NCBI RefSeq assembly: GCF_963921235.1
Contig: NC_086097.1
Span: 231,820,001-231,884,000, forward strand
DNA length: 64,000 bases
Origin: Mobula hypostoma
Lineage: Eukaryota
Direction of reading: 5' to 3'
Positions 25,018-37,328 of the stretch are shown here, in pieces (within the stretch, counting starts at the first letter, position 1; every line of letters begins with the position of its first letter). The notes beneath the pieces are model-generated. The model saw nothing but the letters and a program-made list of their open reading frames with translations, was not told the DNA's origin and made no database searches. The translations under genes were made by a program, and so were the position numbers.

Positions 25018-28000
25018 GTCAAGAGTTAAAATTGGCATGTCGCAAAGGTAATGCTACAGTTGTTATGGGGGATTTCAACATGCAGGTAGACTGGAGGAAT
25101 CAGGTTGGTACTGGAACCCAAGGAAGTGAGTTCATGGAGTCCCTCCGAGATGGATTCTTAGAACAGCTTGAACTGGAGCCTACCAGAGAGAACACAATTC
25201 TAGATTTAGTGTTGTGCAATGAACCGGATTTGATCAGGGACCTTGACGTAAAGGAGCCATTAGGAGGTAGTGACCATAATATGATAAGTTTTAATCTATA
25301 ATTTGAGAGGGAGAAGGGAAACTCGGAAGTGTCAGTATTACAGTTGAACAAAGGGAACTATGGTGCTATGAGGGAGGAGCTGGCCAAAGTTCAATGGAAC
25401 AATACCCTAGCAGGGATGACAGTGGAACAGCAATGGCAAGTGTTTCTGGGAATAATGCGGAAGGTGCAGGGATCAGTTCGTTCCAAAGAGGAAGAAAGAT
25501 CCTAAGGGGAGTAAGGGGAGGCTGTGGCTGACAAGGGAAGTAATGGACAGTATAAAAATAAAAGAGAAGAATTATAATATAGCAAAGACGAGTGGAAAGC
25601 CGGAGGATTGGGAAACTTTTAAAGAGCAACAGAAGGTAACTAAAAAGGCAATACGCAGAGAAAAAATGAGGTACGAAGGTAAACTAGCCAGGAATATAAA
25701 GGAGGATAGTAAAAGCTTCTTTAGGTATGTGAAAAGGAAAAAAATAGTTAAGACCAAAATTGGGCCCTTGAAGACAGAAGCGGGTGAATTTATTATGGGG
25801 AACAAGGAAATGGCAGATGAGTTGAACAGGTACTTTGGATCTGTCTTCACTAGGGAAGACACAAACAATCTCCCAGATATAATAGTGGCCAAAGGACCTA
25901 GGGAAATGGATGAACTGAAGGAAATTTATATTAGGCAGGTAACACGTCGAAGCTGCACCCTCTCTAACATGCTGGTAGAGAGAGTTTTATTTGGGTTTTT
26001 TTTAGCGCTGGAAATGGTTACATCCCGACATGCGGGACAGAAGCAAGGTCGCATCGTGTATTCCATGGACCAGCTAATGCCGGCCGGTTTAGCGAGCAGA
26101 GCGGCGGACACCCCTGCTGAAATCCGGAGGAAAACACACAGAGGATGCAGAGGGGGATCACAAAGCTGAGGAAAGAGGACTGGGTCGAGACAACAGAGAC
26201 TTATGGAGAAGAGGAGTTTGGTGGGTAATACCGTTCTGGCTGACCGGAAGTGCACTGTGAACGGTAAGCGTAAAGGAGTTGGGTGCGTACTGATCTGGTT
26301 AAGAACAGATGGTGCAATCTGGGGCATATTACCATCGAGGAACGTGTTTTTAGACCGGATATTGAACTTTTTACTGTTGGACTTCGGCCACATTCCACCG
26401 AGATACAACACTGGGCGGCACGGGAGGACGTTCCTGCCTGTGGCTATCGAACGTGCAGCTCCTCCCATGGAGGGTCAGACAACCCTGAGCCAACAGACTG
26501 GTCCTGGACTTATTTTCCATCTGGCATAGTTTGCATTTTGTTGTTTGATTGTTTGTGGTTTTTGTATTGCTATATTTACGCTCTATTCTTAGTTGGTGCG
26601 GCTGTAACAAAACCAAATTTCCCTTGGGATTAATAAAGTATATCTATCTATCTAACTATCTATCTATCTAAATGGTGTTGGATAGACTGTTGGGTCTGAA
26701 GGCTGAAAAGTCCCTGGGACCTGATGGTCTGCATCCCAGGGTACTTAAGGAGGTGGTTTTATGTTCTATAGATTCAGGATCAGTTCCTATGGATTGGAGG
26801 GTGGCTAATGTTGTCCCTCTCTTCAAGAAGGGAGGAAGAGAGAAAACAGGGAATTATAGACCAGTTAGCCTGACGTTGGTGGTGGGAAAGATGCTGGAGT
26901 CAATTATAAAAGATGAAATTACGACACATCTGGATAGCAGTGACAGGATTGGTCCGAGTCAGCATGGATTTAGAAAGGGGAAGTCATGCTTGACTAATCT
27001 TCAGGAATTTTTTGAGGATGTAACTATGAAAATGGACAAGGGAGAGCCAGTGGATGTACCTGAACTTTAAGAAAGCCTTTGATAAAGTCCCACGTAGGAG
27101 ATTAGTGGGCAAAATTAGGGCACATGGTATTGGGGGCAGAGTACTGACATGGATTGAAAATTGGCTGGCTGACAGAAAACAAAGAGTAGCGATTAATGGG
27201 TCCCTTATGGAATGGCAGGTGGTGACCAATGGGGTACTGCAGGGTTCAGTGCTGGGACCGCAGCTGTTTACAATATATATTAATGATTTAGATGAGGGAA
27301 TTAAAAGTAACATTAGCAAATTTGCCGATGACACAAAGCTGGGTGGCAGTGTGAAATGTGAGGAGGATGTTATGAGAATACAGGGTAACATGGACAGGTT
27401 GGGTGAGTGGGCAGATGCATGGCAGATGCAGTTTAATGTGGATAAATGTGAGGTTATCTACTTTGGTGGTAAGAACAGGAAAGCAGATTATTATCTAAAT
27501 GGAGTCAAGTTAGGAAAAGGGGAAGTACAACGAGATCTAGGTGTTCTTGTACATCAGTCACTGAAAGCAAGCATGCAAGTACAGCAGGCAGTGAAGAAAG
27601 CTAATGGCATGCTGGCCTTCATAACAAGGGGAATTGAGTATAAGAGCAAAGAGGTCCTTCTGCAGCTGTACAGGGCCCTGGTGAGACCACACCTGGAGTA
27701 CTGTGTGCAGTTTTGGTCTCCAAATTTGAGGAAGGACATTCTTGTTATTGAGGGAGTGCAGCGTAGGTTCACGAGGTTAATTCCCGGAATGGCGGGACTG
27801 TCATATGTCGAAAAATTGGAGCGACTGGGCTTGTATACTCTGGAATTTAGAAGGCTGAGAGGGGATCTTATTGAAACATATAAGATTATTAAGGGATTGG
27901 ACACCCTGGAGGTAGGAAGCATGTTCCCGCTGATGGGTGAGTCCAGAACCAGAGGCCACAGTTTAAGAATAAGGGGTAGGCCATTTAGAATGGAGTTGAG

Positions 28001-28248
28001 GAAAAACTTTTTCACTCAGAGAGTGGTGGATATATGGAATGCTCTGTCCCAGAAGGCTGTGGAGGCCAAGTCTCTGGATGCTTTCAAGAAAGAGATGGAT
28101 AGAGCTCTTAAAGATAGCGGAATCAAAGGTTATGGGGATAAGGCAGGAACTGGTTGCTGATTGTGGATGATCAGCCATGATCACAGTGAATGGCGGTGCT
28201 GGCTCAAAGGGCCGAATGGCCTACTCCTGCACCTATTGTATTTTGTCT
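25018..28248 (+). mobile_element. Young 5'-truncated CR1 LINE (APE C-part, RT, tail), interrupted at 25940-26669
   Basis: VVMGDFN and GSDHN endonuclease motifs, 368-aa RT ORF 27054-28160 (QGSVLGP, FADD), (ctattgt)n tail; ATAACAT direct repeat at 25011-25017 and 28249-28255. Confidence 0.93.
25940..26669 (+). mobile_element. Internally deleted Rex/Babar-type LINE derivative nested in CR1
   Basis: ORF N-terminus (RIVYSMDQL...AEIRRKTHRGCRGG), APE pieces (ADR...GKRKG; NRWCNLGHITIEER...DIELFTVGLRP), RT C-end (RTFLPVAI), aataaa plus (tatc)n tail; CR1 resumes in register after it. Confidence 0.75.
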
Positions 28249-28964
28249 ATAACATTTAACACCCTTACTAATCAAGAACTATCAACCTCCACTTGAAATA
28301 TACCCAATGACTTGCCCTCCAAAGCCATCCATGATAATGAATTCCACAGTGGGGAATTCTATTATCTGGCCAAAGAAATTACTCCTCATCTCTGTTCTAA
28401 AGGGATATCCTTGTATCTTGAGGCTGTGCCCTCCGGTTCTAGGCTTCCCCACTCTAGGAAGTATCCTCTCAATATCCAATTTATCCAAGTTTTTCAATAT
28501 TTGATAGGTTTCAGTGCAATCTGCTCTCATTCTTCGAGACTCCGGCAAGTACAGGCCTAGAGCCACCAAACTCTCATCATACATTAACCCTTTCATTCTT
28601 GAGATTACTCTTGCGAACCTACTCTGGACCCTTTCCAATGGGCCAGCTCATCATTTCTCAGATAAGGGGTCCAAGATGGCTCACAATACTCCAAGTGTGG
28701 TCTGACCAATTAAGTAGCTAAAATAAACTAGGCTGCTCATGTTTAAATCTTGTAAAAACAAATATCACCCTGTGTGACACATTCAGTAAAAAAATCATGT
28801 GCAAGAGATTAATAAGGATTAAGGAAATGTACTAAAAATTGCATTACGTAACTGGCTTGACACATGTGTTCAGATAGCCACAGTGGTGCTTCACATAGAA
28901 TTTCGGCATTTATTCACTCTTTCTTTGTTTTTTTTAATCTATCCATCTATTTATTTATTCTAGC

Positions 28965-29220
28965 ATCGAATAGGCCCTTCGAGAGGCGTTGCCCAGCAAT
29001 CCCCTGCTTTAACCCTTGCCTAATCACTGGACAATTTATACCGACTAGTTAACCTACCAACTGGTTTGTTTTTGGACTGTGGGAGGAAACCGGGGATTCC
29101 GGAGGAAACCCACATGGTCACGGGAAGAACGTACAAAACCCCTTATAGGCAGCAGCAGGAACAGGACCTGCGTCGCTGGTACTGTAAAGCGTTGTGCAAA
29201 CCACTACACTACTGTGCCAC
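28965..29220 (-). mobile_element. V-SINE (HE1-like)
   Basis: tgtgggaggaaaccggggattccggaggaaaccc is the reverse V-domain. Confidence 0.75.
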
Positions 29221-29585
29221 AATACATAGGGATCTATCTCTTTTAGATAAGATTTGCTGCTGAAAAGCTGAAATAGCAAATATGGTTCAAAATAGACAAT
29301 ACATAAAATGCAAAGTGCAAGCAAGCTTTAACTTCTCCCTAACTAGTTCATGTAAGATGTTCAGGAAGAGTTAATTTTTTTTTTTTGCAGAGCTTTATGG
29401 GGCTGTTGATATGTTTTGGGTATTTCACAAATGCTCACACAAGTGAAGAACATTCGTTGTATTACATCAGATGTTATTACTGTTCTGGGTTGGGGTTAGA
29501 TGCATTTTGTTTGAAGGCAAAGAAATAAAACAAAATATGTATGCAGAATGTACCCAATTTGTTTTCATCCATATTAAGAATATAG

Positions 29586-29985
29586 TCATCATCATGTGCC
29601 ATGTCATTTGATGTGGGTGATCATGGTCTTTCCATGACCATGATCGTTCTTGGCAAATTTTTCTACAAAAGTGGTTTGCCATTACATTTCTCTGAGCAGT
29701 GTCTTTCCAAGATGGATGGCCCCAGCCATTATCAATACTCTTCAGAGATTGTCTGCCTGGTGTCAGTGGTCGCATAACCAGGATTTGTGATGTGCACCAG
29801 CTGCTCATACGACCATCCACAACCAGGTCCTGTGGATTCATGTGACCCTGACCAGGGTTGGGGGTGGGGGAAGGGAGTAGTGCAAAGCAGGTACGACACC
29901 CTGCCCAAGGTTGACCTGCAGGCTAGCGGAAGGAAAGAGCGCCTTGCACCTTCTTTCGAGAGTCATATCTCCACCCTACCACCCA
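29586..29985 (-). mobile_element. RTE-type non-autonomous element/SINE
   Basis: (tca)n tail end and agtggtttgcca motif typical of RTE 3' ends. Confidence 0.45.
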
Positions 29986-30379
29986 AAGAATATAGTATCA
30001 CTGATATTTCCTATCCTTATTTGACAGTGAAGGAAGTGGGGAGTACCCTTTAGCAGTCGTGTAGGCTGTATGTGAAAGTGCTCCTACAGAAATATCAGGG
30101 GTGGAGTTCCAAAATAACGACACAACAGCTACTAAGCAATGTGATATTCTGTATTTCAAAACAATACCGTGTGGAGGGGAATTAGCGATTTGTGAATTTC
30201 ATGAACCTGCATCCCTTGTTCATTGTATGTGCTGTTGTGACAGTTTCAATTGCTACAGTCACCTACCTCCGTTAACATTAGGTATTTATTCAGGTAAGGT
30301 TACAGAATTACATATTGACAATGGCAGCTCATCCCAAGTAACAGAACCCCTTTGAGTTGTCATTGTTTAAAATTTCGGG

Positions 30380-30585
30380 ATACAAGACAGTAACAGGCCA
30401 TTCTGGCCCACGGACCAATGTTGCCCAATGTGACTAATTAACCTACGAACCCGTATGTCTTTGGAATGTAGGAGGAAACCAGAACACCCGGAGGAAACCC
30501 ACCTGGACTAGCAAACTCCTTACAGTCAGTAATGAGAATCAAAGCCAGGTCGCCTGCACTACGTTAATCACTGTGCTACGATGCC
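30380..30585 (-). mobile_element. V-SINE (HE1-like)
   Basis: ggaggaaaccagaacacccggaggaaaccc reverse V-domain. Confidence 0.7.
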
Positions 30586-31039
30586 ACTCAATACTATTCA
30601 GGCACCCGACAGATAGCCCTTTTGATACAGTGTTGAGAAACAGCTCCATGAATACACAACTAACCAGAAGGTTTAAGTGACAAAGTGGATCTATCCTGAA
30701 CTGCGCCTTAAGTGACAGGGATACACCTTTTACAATACGCCAATAGCAGGAACATTCAAGTCTTTCGCTATGTAATTTCAATGGGACAGAATCAGAATGT
30801 CCGAATGTCCCACCAACACATGATTGGGTTCACTAGCCACGAAGTATCTGTTAGAAGTTAAATTGTGTACAGGTTTTATTTCCTGAAGACTGGCTCTCAT
30901 TTTAGTTCATCAATAACTGTGCTATCCATAATTTCATCGTCCAAAATGATCCCTAACAGGTGCCATAGTTGCTGTTGAAGAAGTATTGGTGAGTTGCAGA
31001 GGTTATGTGGTGGCTGGGTTCTATTTAAATGGCCTACCT

Positions 31040-31668
31040 CATCCTCAATGACCAACAACTTTGACAAACTTCTACAGATGCACAGTGGAGAGTATCCTGA
31101 CTGGTTGCATCAAGGCCTGGTATGGAAACACCAATGCCCAGGAATGGAAGCACGTACAAAAAGCAATAGGTACGTCTCAATCTATCACGGGAAAAGACCT
31201 GAGCACATTGAGCACATCTACAAGGAGTGCTGGCGCAAGAAAACCATCAAAGGCCCTCACCATCCCAGCCATGCTCTCTCCTCGCTGCTGTCAGGAAGGA
31301 GGTACAGGAGCTTCAGCTCCCACACCACTAGGTTCAGGAACAGTTATCGTCCTTCAACTATCAGATTCCTGGGCCAACATAGATAACTTCACTTATCTCA
31401 ATGTTAAACTGATTCCACAACCTATGGTCTCACTTTTAAAGACTCTCCAACTCATGTTCTCAGTATTATTTATTTAAGTTTTATTTATTGTTATTAATTT
31501 TTTTTGTATTTGAAGTTTACCTTCATTTGCACATTGGTTGTTTGTCAGTCTTTGTGGGTAGTTTTTCATTGATTCTATTGTATTTCTTTGTTCTACTGTG
31601 CATAAGATAATGAATCTCTGGGTAGTATATGATGACATATATGTACTTCGAACTTTTGAACTTTAAAC
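31040..31668 (+). mobile_element. Rex/Babar-type LINE 3' fragment
   Basis: TNFYRCTVESILTGCIKAWYGN...HHPSHALSSLLSGRRYRS...RFRNSY; (gaactttt) tail. Confidence 0.8.
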
Positions 31669-32704
31669 TTCTGTGCTGGAGCTGCACATCGAGTGAATTG
31701 GAGACTATTCTTTTAAGCTTCTGACATTTGCTTCATAGCTGTCAGGGGAAGTTTTTCAAAATACTTCAGTCCCTGAGGTGCTCTTGCAACCACCGTTTTC
31801 TTATGGCATTTCCAATTAATTGCAGGTTTGGAGCAAATGCCAGGTTGATAAAAATGGGAGATTCATCTCAGGTATAGTAAGTGAGATTATGATGTAATCT
31901 ATAAAACTATCGGTACATATAATTTATTGTACATATTCATGAAAGGAGCAGCAGCTTTAAAAGTGTTCATTATCGTGTCTGTAGAGCCATTGTGTTATGA
32001 GATGTGCTTTTGACCCCACTATGTTACTGTTTGTCATAATGACGTCGTACACAAGTGGTGTGTTAATGTGCTCTGACATGATTGATGTCAATGCCACTTT
32101 TACTCGCTATGATACTGAAGGGCTGTCAAAGCCTTATATAACGAAAGAAAACATTTGGAAACAGCTTGTCAGACTTTAGTTAAAATCAAGTTACAAATGG
32201 CAAATTCTGGTAAACCAGACCACCAGGCTGTGCTCCTTCTCCCGGTATGCAAACAGAAGCTGAGATGTTTGATAGGTTCTTGATTAGTCAAGGTGTCAAA
32301 GTTATGGAGAGAAGGCAGGAGAATGGGTTTGAGATGGACACTAAATCAGACATGAAGGAATAGTAGAGCAGATTCAATGGGCCGAATGGCCTAATTCTGC
32401 TCCAGTTTTGGAGTCTTATATGAGGATCGAGTATAGAAAGTTGTTCAGTACTGGTATGAGGATATAGAGAAACTTCTACACGGTTGCTTAGAGATAGTAG
32501 GCTGGTCTACATTCAGAGGCTCAGCAGCCAGCCTAGATGAATGTGTCACTACCATCACGGATTTTATCACCAAGTGCCTTGAGGACTGTATACCAAAGAG
32601 GTCAATCCAGGTGTTTCCAAACTGGAAGCATGGATGAATCGGGAGATCCACTGAAATGTAGGACTGCAGGGGATTCAAAACCAGGTGACCCTAACCCAAA
32701 ATGA

Positions 32705-33800
32705 GAGAAATCGATGTTACTGCTGTCAGGTTGGAGACTACCAAAACAGAATATGAGGGGTTAAGCCCAATTTATACTTCTGCGTCAAATATACGCCGAA
32801 GGTACCGTGTGCCCTACGTGGTAGGGTGACGTGCACCTCCCCAAAAATGTAACTCACGTGACGCGGCGACGCAGACCGCAACAACTGTGATTGGTCCGCT
32901 TGGTAGCATCGCATTTCCTCCTACGCATTTCCGATTGCTGTTCTCTGCCATGTCTGTACACTGATGCGAAATAAATCGTTGGAGACGATGAACCAAAATC
33001 GTCAAATCTACCTGCCGACATCTGAAAATACTTGAAATGCATTTCCTCGTCCATGTCTCTCACGAAGAAACTCAACACAGTGGCATAGAAACCCCACCGT
33101 CAACTAGCGTTTTGGCGGTGAATTGCAGAGCGATGCAGACACAACTACGCATGCTCGCTATGGCGTAGGGCTACGCAAAAGTATAAATCAGGCCTACAGC
33201 TTGGGCTACAGCATAGCCCATACACACAAGTATAAATCAGCCTTTACTCCTCCAGTCTGTATCTGGTTCAATAGCAGAGGAGGCCGCAGACAGGCATGTC
33301 AGCATGGGGAGTAGAATTCAAATGGCTGGCCACTGAGAGATAACTTAATTTCCCTAACTTCGGACAACCACTCCCTTTGTTTTCTCTTTTCCCTCTGGCC
33401 CTTTTGCTCCTTCTCTTCCTCCTCCCTCACCCTCACGACCTGCTCATCACCTACACCTACCCCCTTCTGGTTTCTCACCTCCTTCCTTTATTCCATGCTC
33501 CACTGTCCTCTCCTATCTGATTCCTTCTTCTTCAGTCCATTTCCTCTTCCAGCTGTCTCCTCCCAGCTTCTCAGATCACACCCTTATACAACCCCTCCCA
33601 CAACCTTCCAACCTTCCCCCTCTCACCTGGATTCACCTGTCACCCATCAGCTCACACACCTTTCCGCTCCCTGCACACTTCTAGTCTGGCCTCTTTCTTT
33701 CCAGCCCTGATGAAGGGTCTTTACCTGGGACGTCGAATGTTCATTTCCCTCCTTAGATATTGCCTGGCCCGAGGAATTCCTCCAGTATTTTGTGCGTGTT
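32705..33800. mobile_element. Penelope-like fragments (minus GIY-YIG piece hosting the MITE; plus pLTR 33345-33800)
   Basis: Similar to 34570-34740; pLTR motif ccctgatgaagggtct...atattgcctggccc...ttcctccagtattttgtg. Confidence 0.6.
32764..33243. mobile_element. PIF/Harbinger-type MITE, 480 bp, TTA TSD
   Basis: Left end AGCCCAATTTATACTTCTGCGT, right end ACAAGTATAAATCAGCCT; TTA at 32761-32763 and 33244-33246. Removal restores the Penelope host sequence (gaatatgagggg-tta-ctcctcc). Confidence 0.75.
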
Positions 33801-34142
33801 AACCCAATAACACACAGGTTTTGTAGTCGTCAGTGAAGGAGTGGTGATTGATAGTCTCAAAACAAACAGTACCGTAAGTTTTAGCGGGCCAAAGATCATA
33901 GGCTGGCTTCCATCTCGTTAGGTGAAGTTTCCCCTCTAGTGGATTTCCAGCCTCTCAGATTAGTTCTCGTTTGAGGGGCTGAGATTCCACAGCAGTAAAA
34001 TTATAGAAGGAATAAAATCAGGGAAACTTTTATCATTTTCCTTATTTATCAGATCGGGTCTACAATAAACCCGCAATGGAAGAAGTGTTGGCTTGTTGGT
34101 CTTGACTGCTGCTGAAATGCCTGAACTCCATCTGACTAACTT

Positions 34143-34835
34143 AAAAACGAAAGAAGTTCTGCAGATGCTGGAAATCCAAGCAACATGCACAAAATGCTGG
34201 AGGAACTCAGCAGGCCAGGCAGCATCAATGGGTAGGAATAAACAGTCGAAGTTTTAGGCTGAGACCCTTCAGCAGGACTGGAGAAAAAAGATGATAAGTT
34301 AGGATAAGAAGTAGGGGGAGCAGAGGACGAAATATAAGGTGATAGGCAAAACTGGGAGAGAGGGAGGGATGAAGTAAAGAACTGAGCAGTAATTTGGTGA
34401 AAGATAAAGGGCTGAAGAAGGGGGAATCTGATAGGGGAAGATTGAAGGCCATGGAAGAAAGGGAAGGGGGAGGAGCCACCACAGGGTCGTGATGGACAGG
34501 TAAGGAGATAGGTTAGAGAGGGAAATGGAAATGGGGAATGGTAAAGGGGGACGGGGGGGGGTTCATTACTGGAAGTTTGAGAAGTCAATGTTTATGCCAT
34601 TAGGTTGGAGGCTACCCAGGCAGAATATAAGGTGTTGCTCCTCCAAGCTGAGTATTGCCTCATCATGGCAGTAGAGGAGGCCATGGACAGACATGTCAGA
34701 ATGGGAATGGGAAGTAGAATTAAAATGGCTGGCGACTGGTCTCTGGCGGCCGGAGTGTAGGTGCTTGGCGAAGCGGTCTTCCAATCTACGTTAGGTCTCA
34801 CTGATATACAGGAGGCCATACCAGGAGCACTGGAT
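34143..34835 (-). mobile_element. Penelope-like element 3' part (GIY-YIG plus pLTR)
   Basis: ORF 34566-34784 EDRFAKHL...PVASHFNSTSHSHSDMSVHGLLYCHDEA...EEQHLIFCLGSLQPNGINIDFSNF; hammerhead-like motif 34243-34280. Confidence 0.85.
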
Positions 34836-35140
34836 TTCCATCATCTACAGATTTTCTCTTGTTTGTGCCTCACCTGAAAGGATTGTTTGGGGCCCTGAAT
34901 GTTAGTGAGAGAGGAAGTGCAGGGGAACAAGTTCTACAGCTGCCCCTACACCTCTTCTTTCAGCCTTCCTCCTCTCCTGGATTCACCTATCAACTACCAC
35001 GTTGTATTTCTTCCTCCCTTTCCCCCAACTTCTTATTCTGACTTCTCATCCTTTTTCACCAGTCTTGATGAAGCGTCTTGGCCCGAAAGATCGACTGTTT
35101 GCTCTTTTCCATAGATGCTGCCTGGCCTGCTGAGTTCCTC
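34836..35140 (+). mobile_element. Rearranged Penelope pLTR fragments
   Basis: cagtcttgatgaagcgtcttggcccgaaagatcgactg...atagatgctgcctggcctgctgagttcctc. Confidence 0.65.
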
Positions 35141-35289
35141 TGCCTAACTTAGTATCCATTCATGTAATGCAATGAGTCACTGTACATACTTAGTTATCTT
35201 TCAAAAAAACCCACATTAATTCAGCATCCTTAATGTTGTAAGACATCTCAATGTTTAAGGGATCAGAATGAGTTGTGTACAGTGTACAA

Positions 35290-35838
35290 ATATTGTGTAC
35301 GGTTTTGGTCACCGAATTATGGGAAAGATGTCAACAAAATTGAGGGAGTACAGAGAAGATCACTAGAATGTTACCTGGGTTTCATCTCCTAAGTTACAGA
35401 GAAAGTTTGAACAAGTTGGGTCTTTATTCTTTGGAGCGTAGAAGGCTGAGGGGGGACTTGATAGAGGTGTTTAAAATTATGAGGGGGATTGATAGAGTTG
35501 ACGTGGATAGGCTTTTTCCATTGAGAGTGGGGGAGGTTCAAACAAGAGGACATGAGTTGAGAGTTAAAGGGCAAAAGCTTAGGGGTAACATGAGGGGGAA
35601 CTTCTGTACTCAGAGAGCGGTGGCTGTGTGGAACAAGCTTCCAGCAGAAGTGGTTGAGGCAGGTTCGATGTTGTCGTTTAAAGTTAAATTGGACAGCTAT
35701 ATGGACAGGAAAGGAATGGAGGGTTATGGGCTGAGTGCAGGTCGGTGGGACTAGGTGAGAGTAAGAGTTCGGCAAAGACTAGAAGGGCCGAGATGGCCTG
35801 TTTCCGTGCTGTAATTGTTACATGGTTATGTGGTTATG
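35290..35838 (+). mobile_element. CR1 3' fragment
   Basis: ORF 35368-35754 LGLYSLERRRLRGDLIEVFKIMRG...; (tggtta) tail. Confidence 0.88.
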
Positions 35839-36049
35839 AGACTAACAATGCCACTGAGGTAAAGAAAGTGAAGAGGCTGGATGAAACGGGAAGCTGTAAG
35901 TGGTATCTGAAAAGTGCCGAAGAGATGGATGGGAGATGAGAGGAAATTGGAGTATGCATGGAGGGAATACAGAGTTTCTGTCAGTTGTTGGATTGGGAGA
36001 AGCTACAGAGATAAGATGGTTCTTGGTAAGAGGGGCTTGAAAGCAAGTA

Positions 36050-36275
36050 GGGCAGCAGTGTAGAACTTAGCATGATGCTATAGCAGCACGCGGCTTGCAC
36101 GTTCTTCCCCTAAGCGCATGGGTTTCCTCTGGTGCTCCTGTTTCCTCCCACATTCCAGAGAGGTACTGGTAGGTAGGTTAATTGGTCATTGTGGATTGTC
36201 CTGTGGTCAGGCTAGGGTTAAATAAATGGGTTGCTGCGCGGAGTGGGTCATTGAGCTGGAAGGGCCTGCTCCATG
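36050..36275 (+). mobile_element. V-SINE fragment
   Basis: gggtttcctctggtgctcctgtttcctcccacattcca. Confidence 0.65.
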
Positions 36276-36508
36276 CTGATGACTGTAAGCGTCTTTGATC
36301 CCGAGCCGGGATTCCAACGTGCAGCAGTGGCTGGGGTCTGAACATGGGCTGGGTTTGTGTCTGCTTGGGTAGATCAGTTGCCAGAATTGGGGTACGGAAT
36401 GTGTGCTTATGGTTCATTCCCTTCGGATCCACTGAACCCACTGGAAAATTATTAACTACAGTGTAACATTTTTAAAAAATACATTAAAGTACACTTGAGT
36501 ATATAGAA

Positions 36509-36512
36509 GTGT

Positions 36513-36557
<45 letters not shown>

Positions 36558-36569
36558 TGTGTGTGTGTG
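36509..36569. repeat. (GT)n microsatellite
   Basis: About 30 GT units with two interruptions. Confidence 0.97.
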
Positions 36570-36724
36570 GTATAAATAAATAAAACATTCTGAAAAATCT
36601 GCTGTTCAGCTGCTGAGGAAGACAGATTATTGGAGATTTACTGATATTACTTGAACTGCAGTTACAAGTCTTGTACAAGAGTTTCACTGATTGGCCGATT
36701 AACACAGTTTCCTGAGCTATTGCA

Positions 36725-37328
36725 GTGCAAATTGATAGGGTTGTTAGCCTGCTATTGAGTTTAAGGGATGGGAGATTATGTTGCAGCTCTATAAAACTCT
36801 AGTCAGACCACTCTTGGAATACTGTGTTCAGTTCTGGTCACCTCATTATAGGAAGGATGGAGACATTTTAGAGAGGGTGCAGAGGAGATTCACCAGAATG
36901 CTGCCTGGATTAGAAAGCATGTTTTATGAAGATAGGTTGAGTGAGCTAGGGATTTTCCCTTTGGAGCAAAGGAAGATGATAGAGGTGTACAAGATGGTAA
37001 GAGGCATAGATGGCGAAGACAGCCAGAGACTTTCTGACAGGACATGGTTAATACAAGGGGGTATAAATTCAAGGTGTTTGAGAGAAAGTATAGGGGGGAT
37101 GTCAGAGGTAGCTTCTTTACACAGAGAGTGGTGGATGTGTGGAACCCACTGCCAGATGTGGTGGTAGAGGCTGATACATTACAGACATTTAAGACACTCT
37201 GAGATAGGCACATGAATGAAATAAAAATGGAGGGCTATGTGGGAGGGAAGGGTAAAGTTGATCTTGGAGCAGGTTAAAGATCTTGCACAGCATTGTGGAC
37301 CTAAAATCCCCTACTGGGCTGTACTATT
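36725..37328 (+). mobile_element. CR1 3' fragment
   Basis: ORF 36778-37167 LYKTLVRPLLEYCVQFWSPHYRKD. Confidence 0.85.

Larger units (their letters stand above)
24907..28710 (-). mobile_element. Old CR1 3' fragment split into 24907-25017 and 28249-28710 by a younger CR1
   Basis: The two halves join into a continuous CR1 3'UTR (ccttctccacATAACATttaacacccttactaatcaagaa); ORF 28282-28638. Confidence 0.75.

Noticed and set aside
27054..28160. 368-aa and 599-aa (45361-47160) ORFs as host or novel reverse-transcriptase genes
   Set aside because: Standard CR1 ORF2 pieces with frameshifts, 3' microsatellite tails and multiple paralogues in the window.
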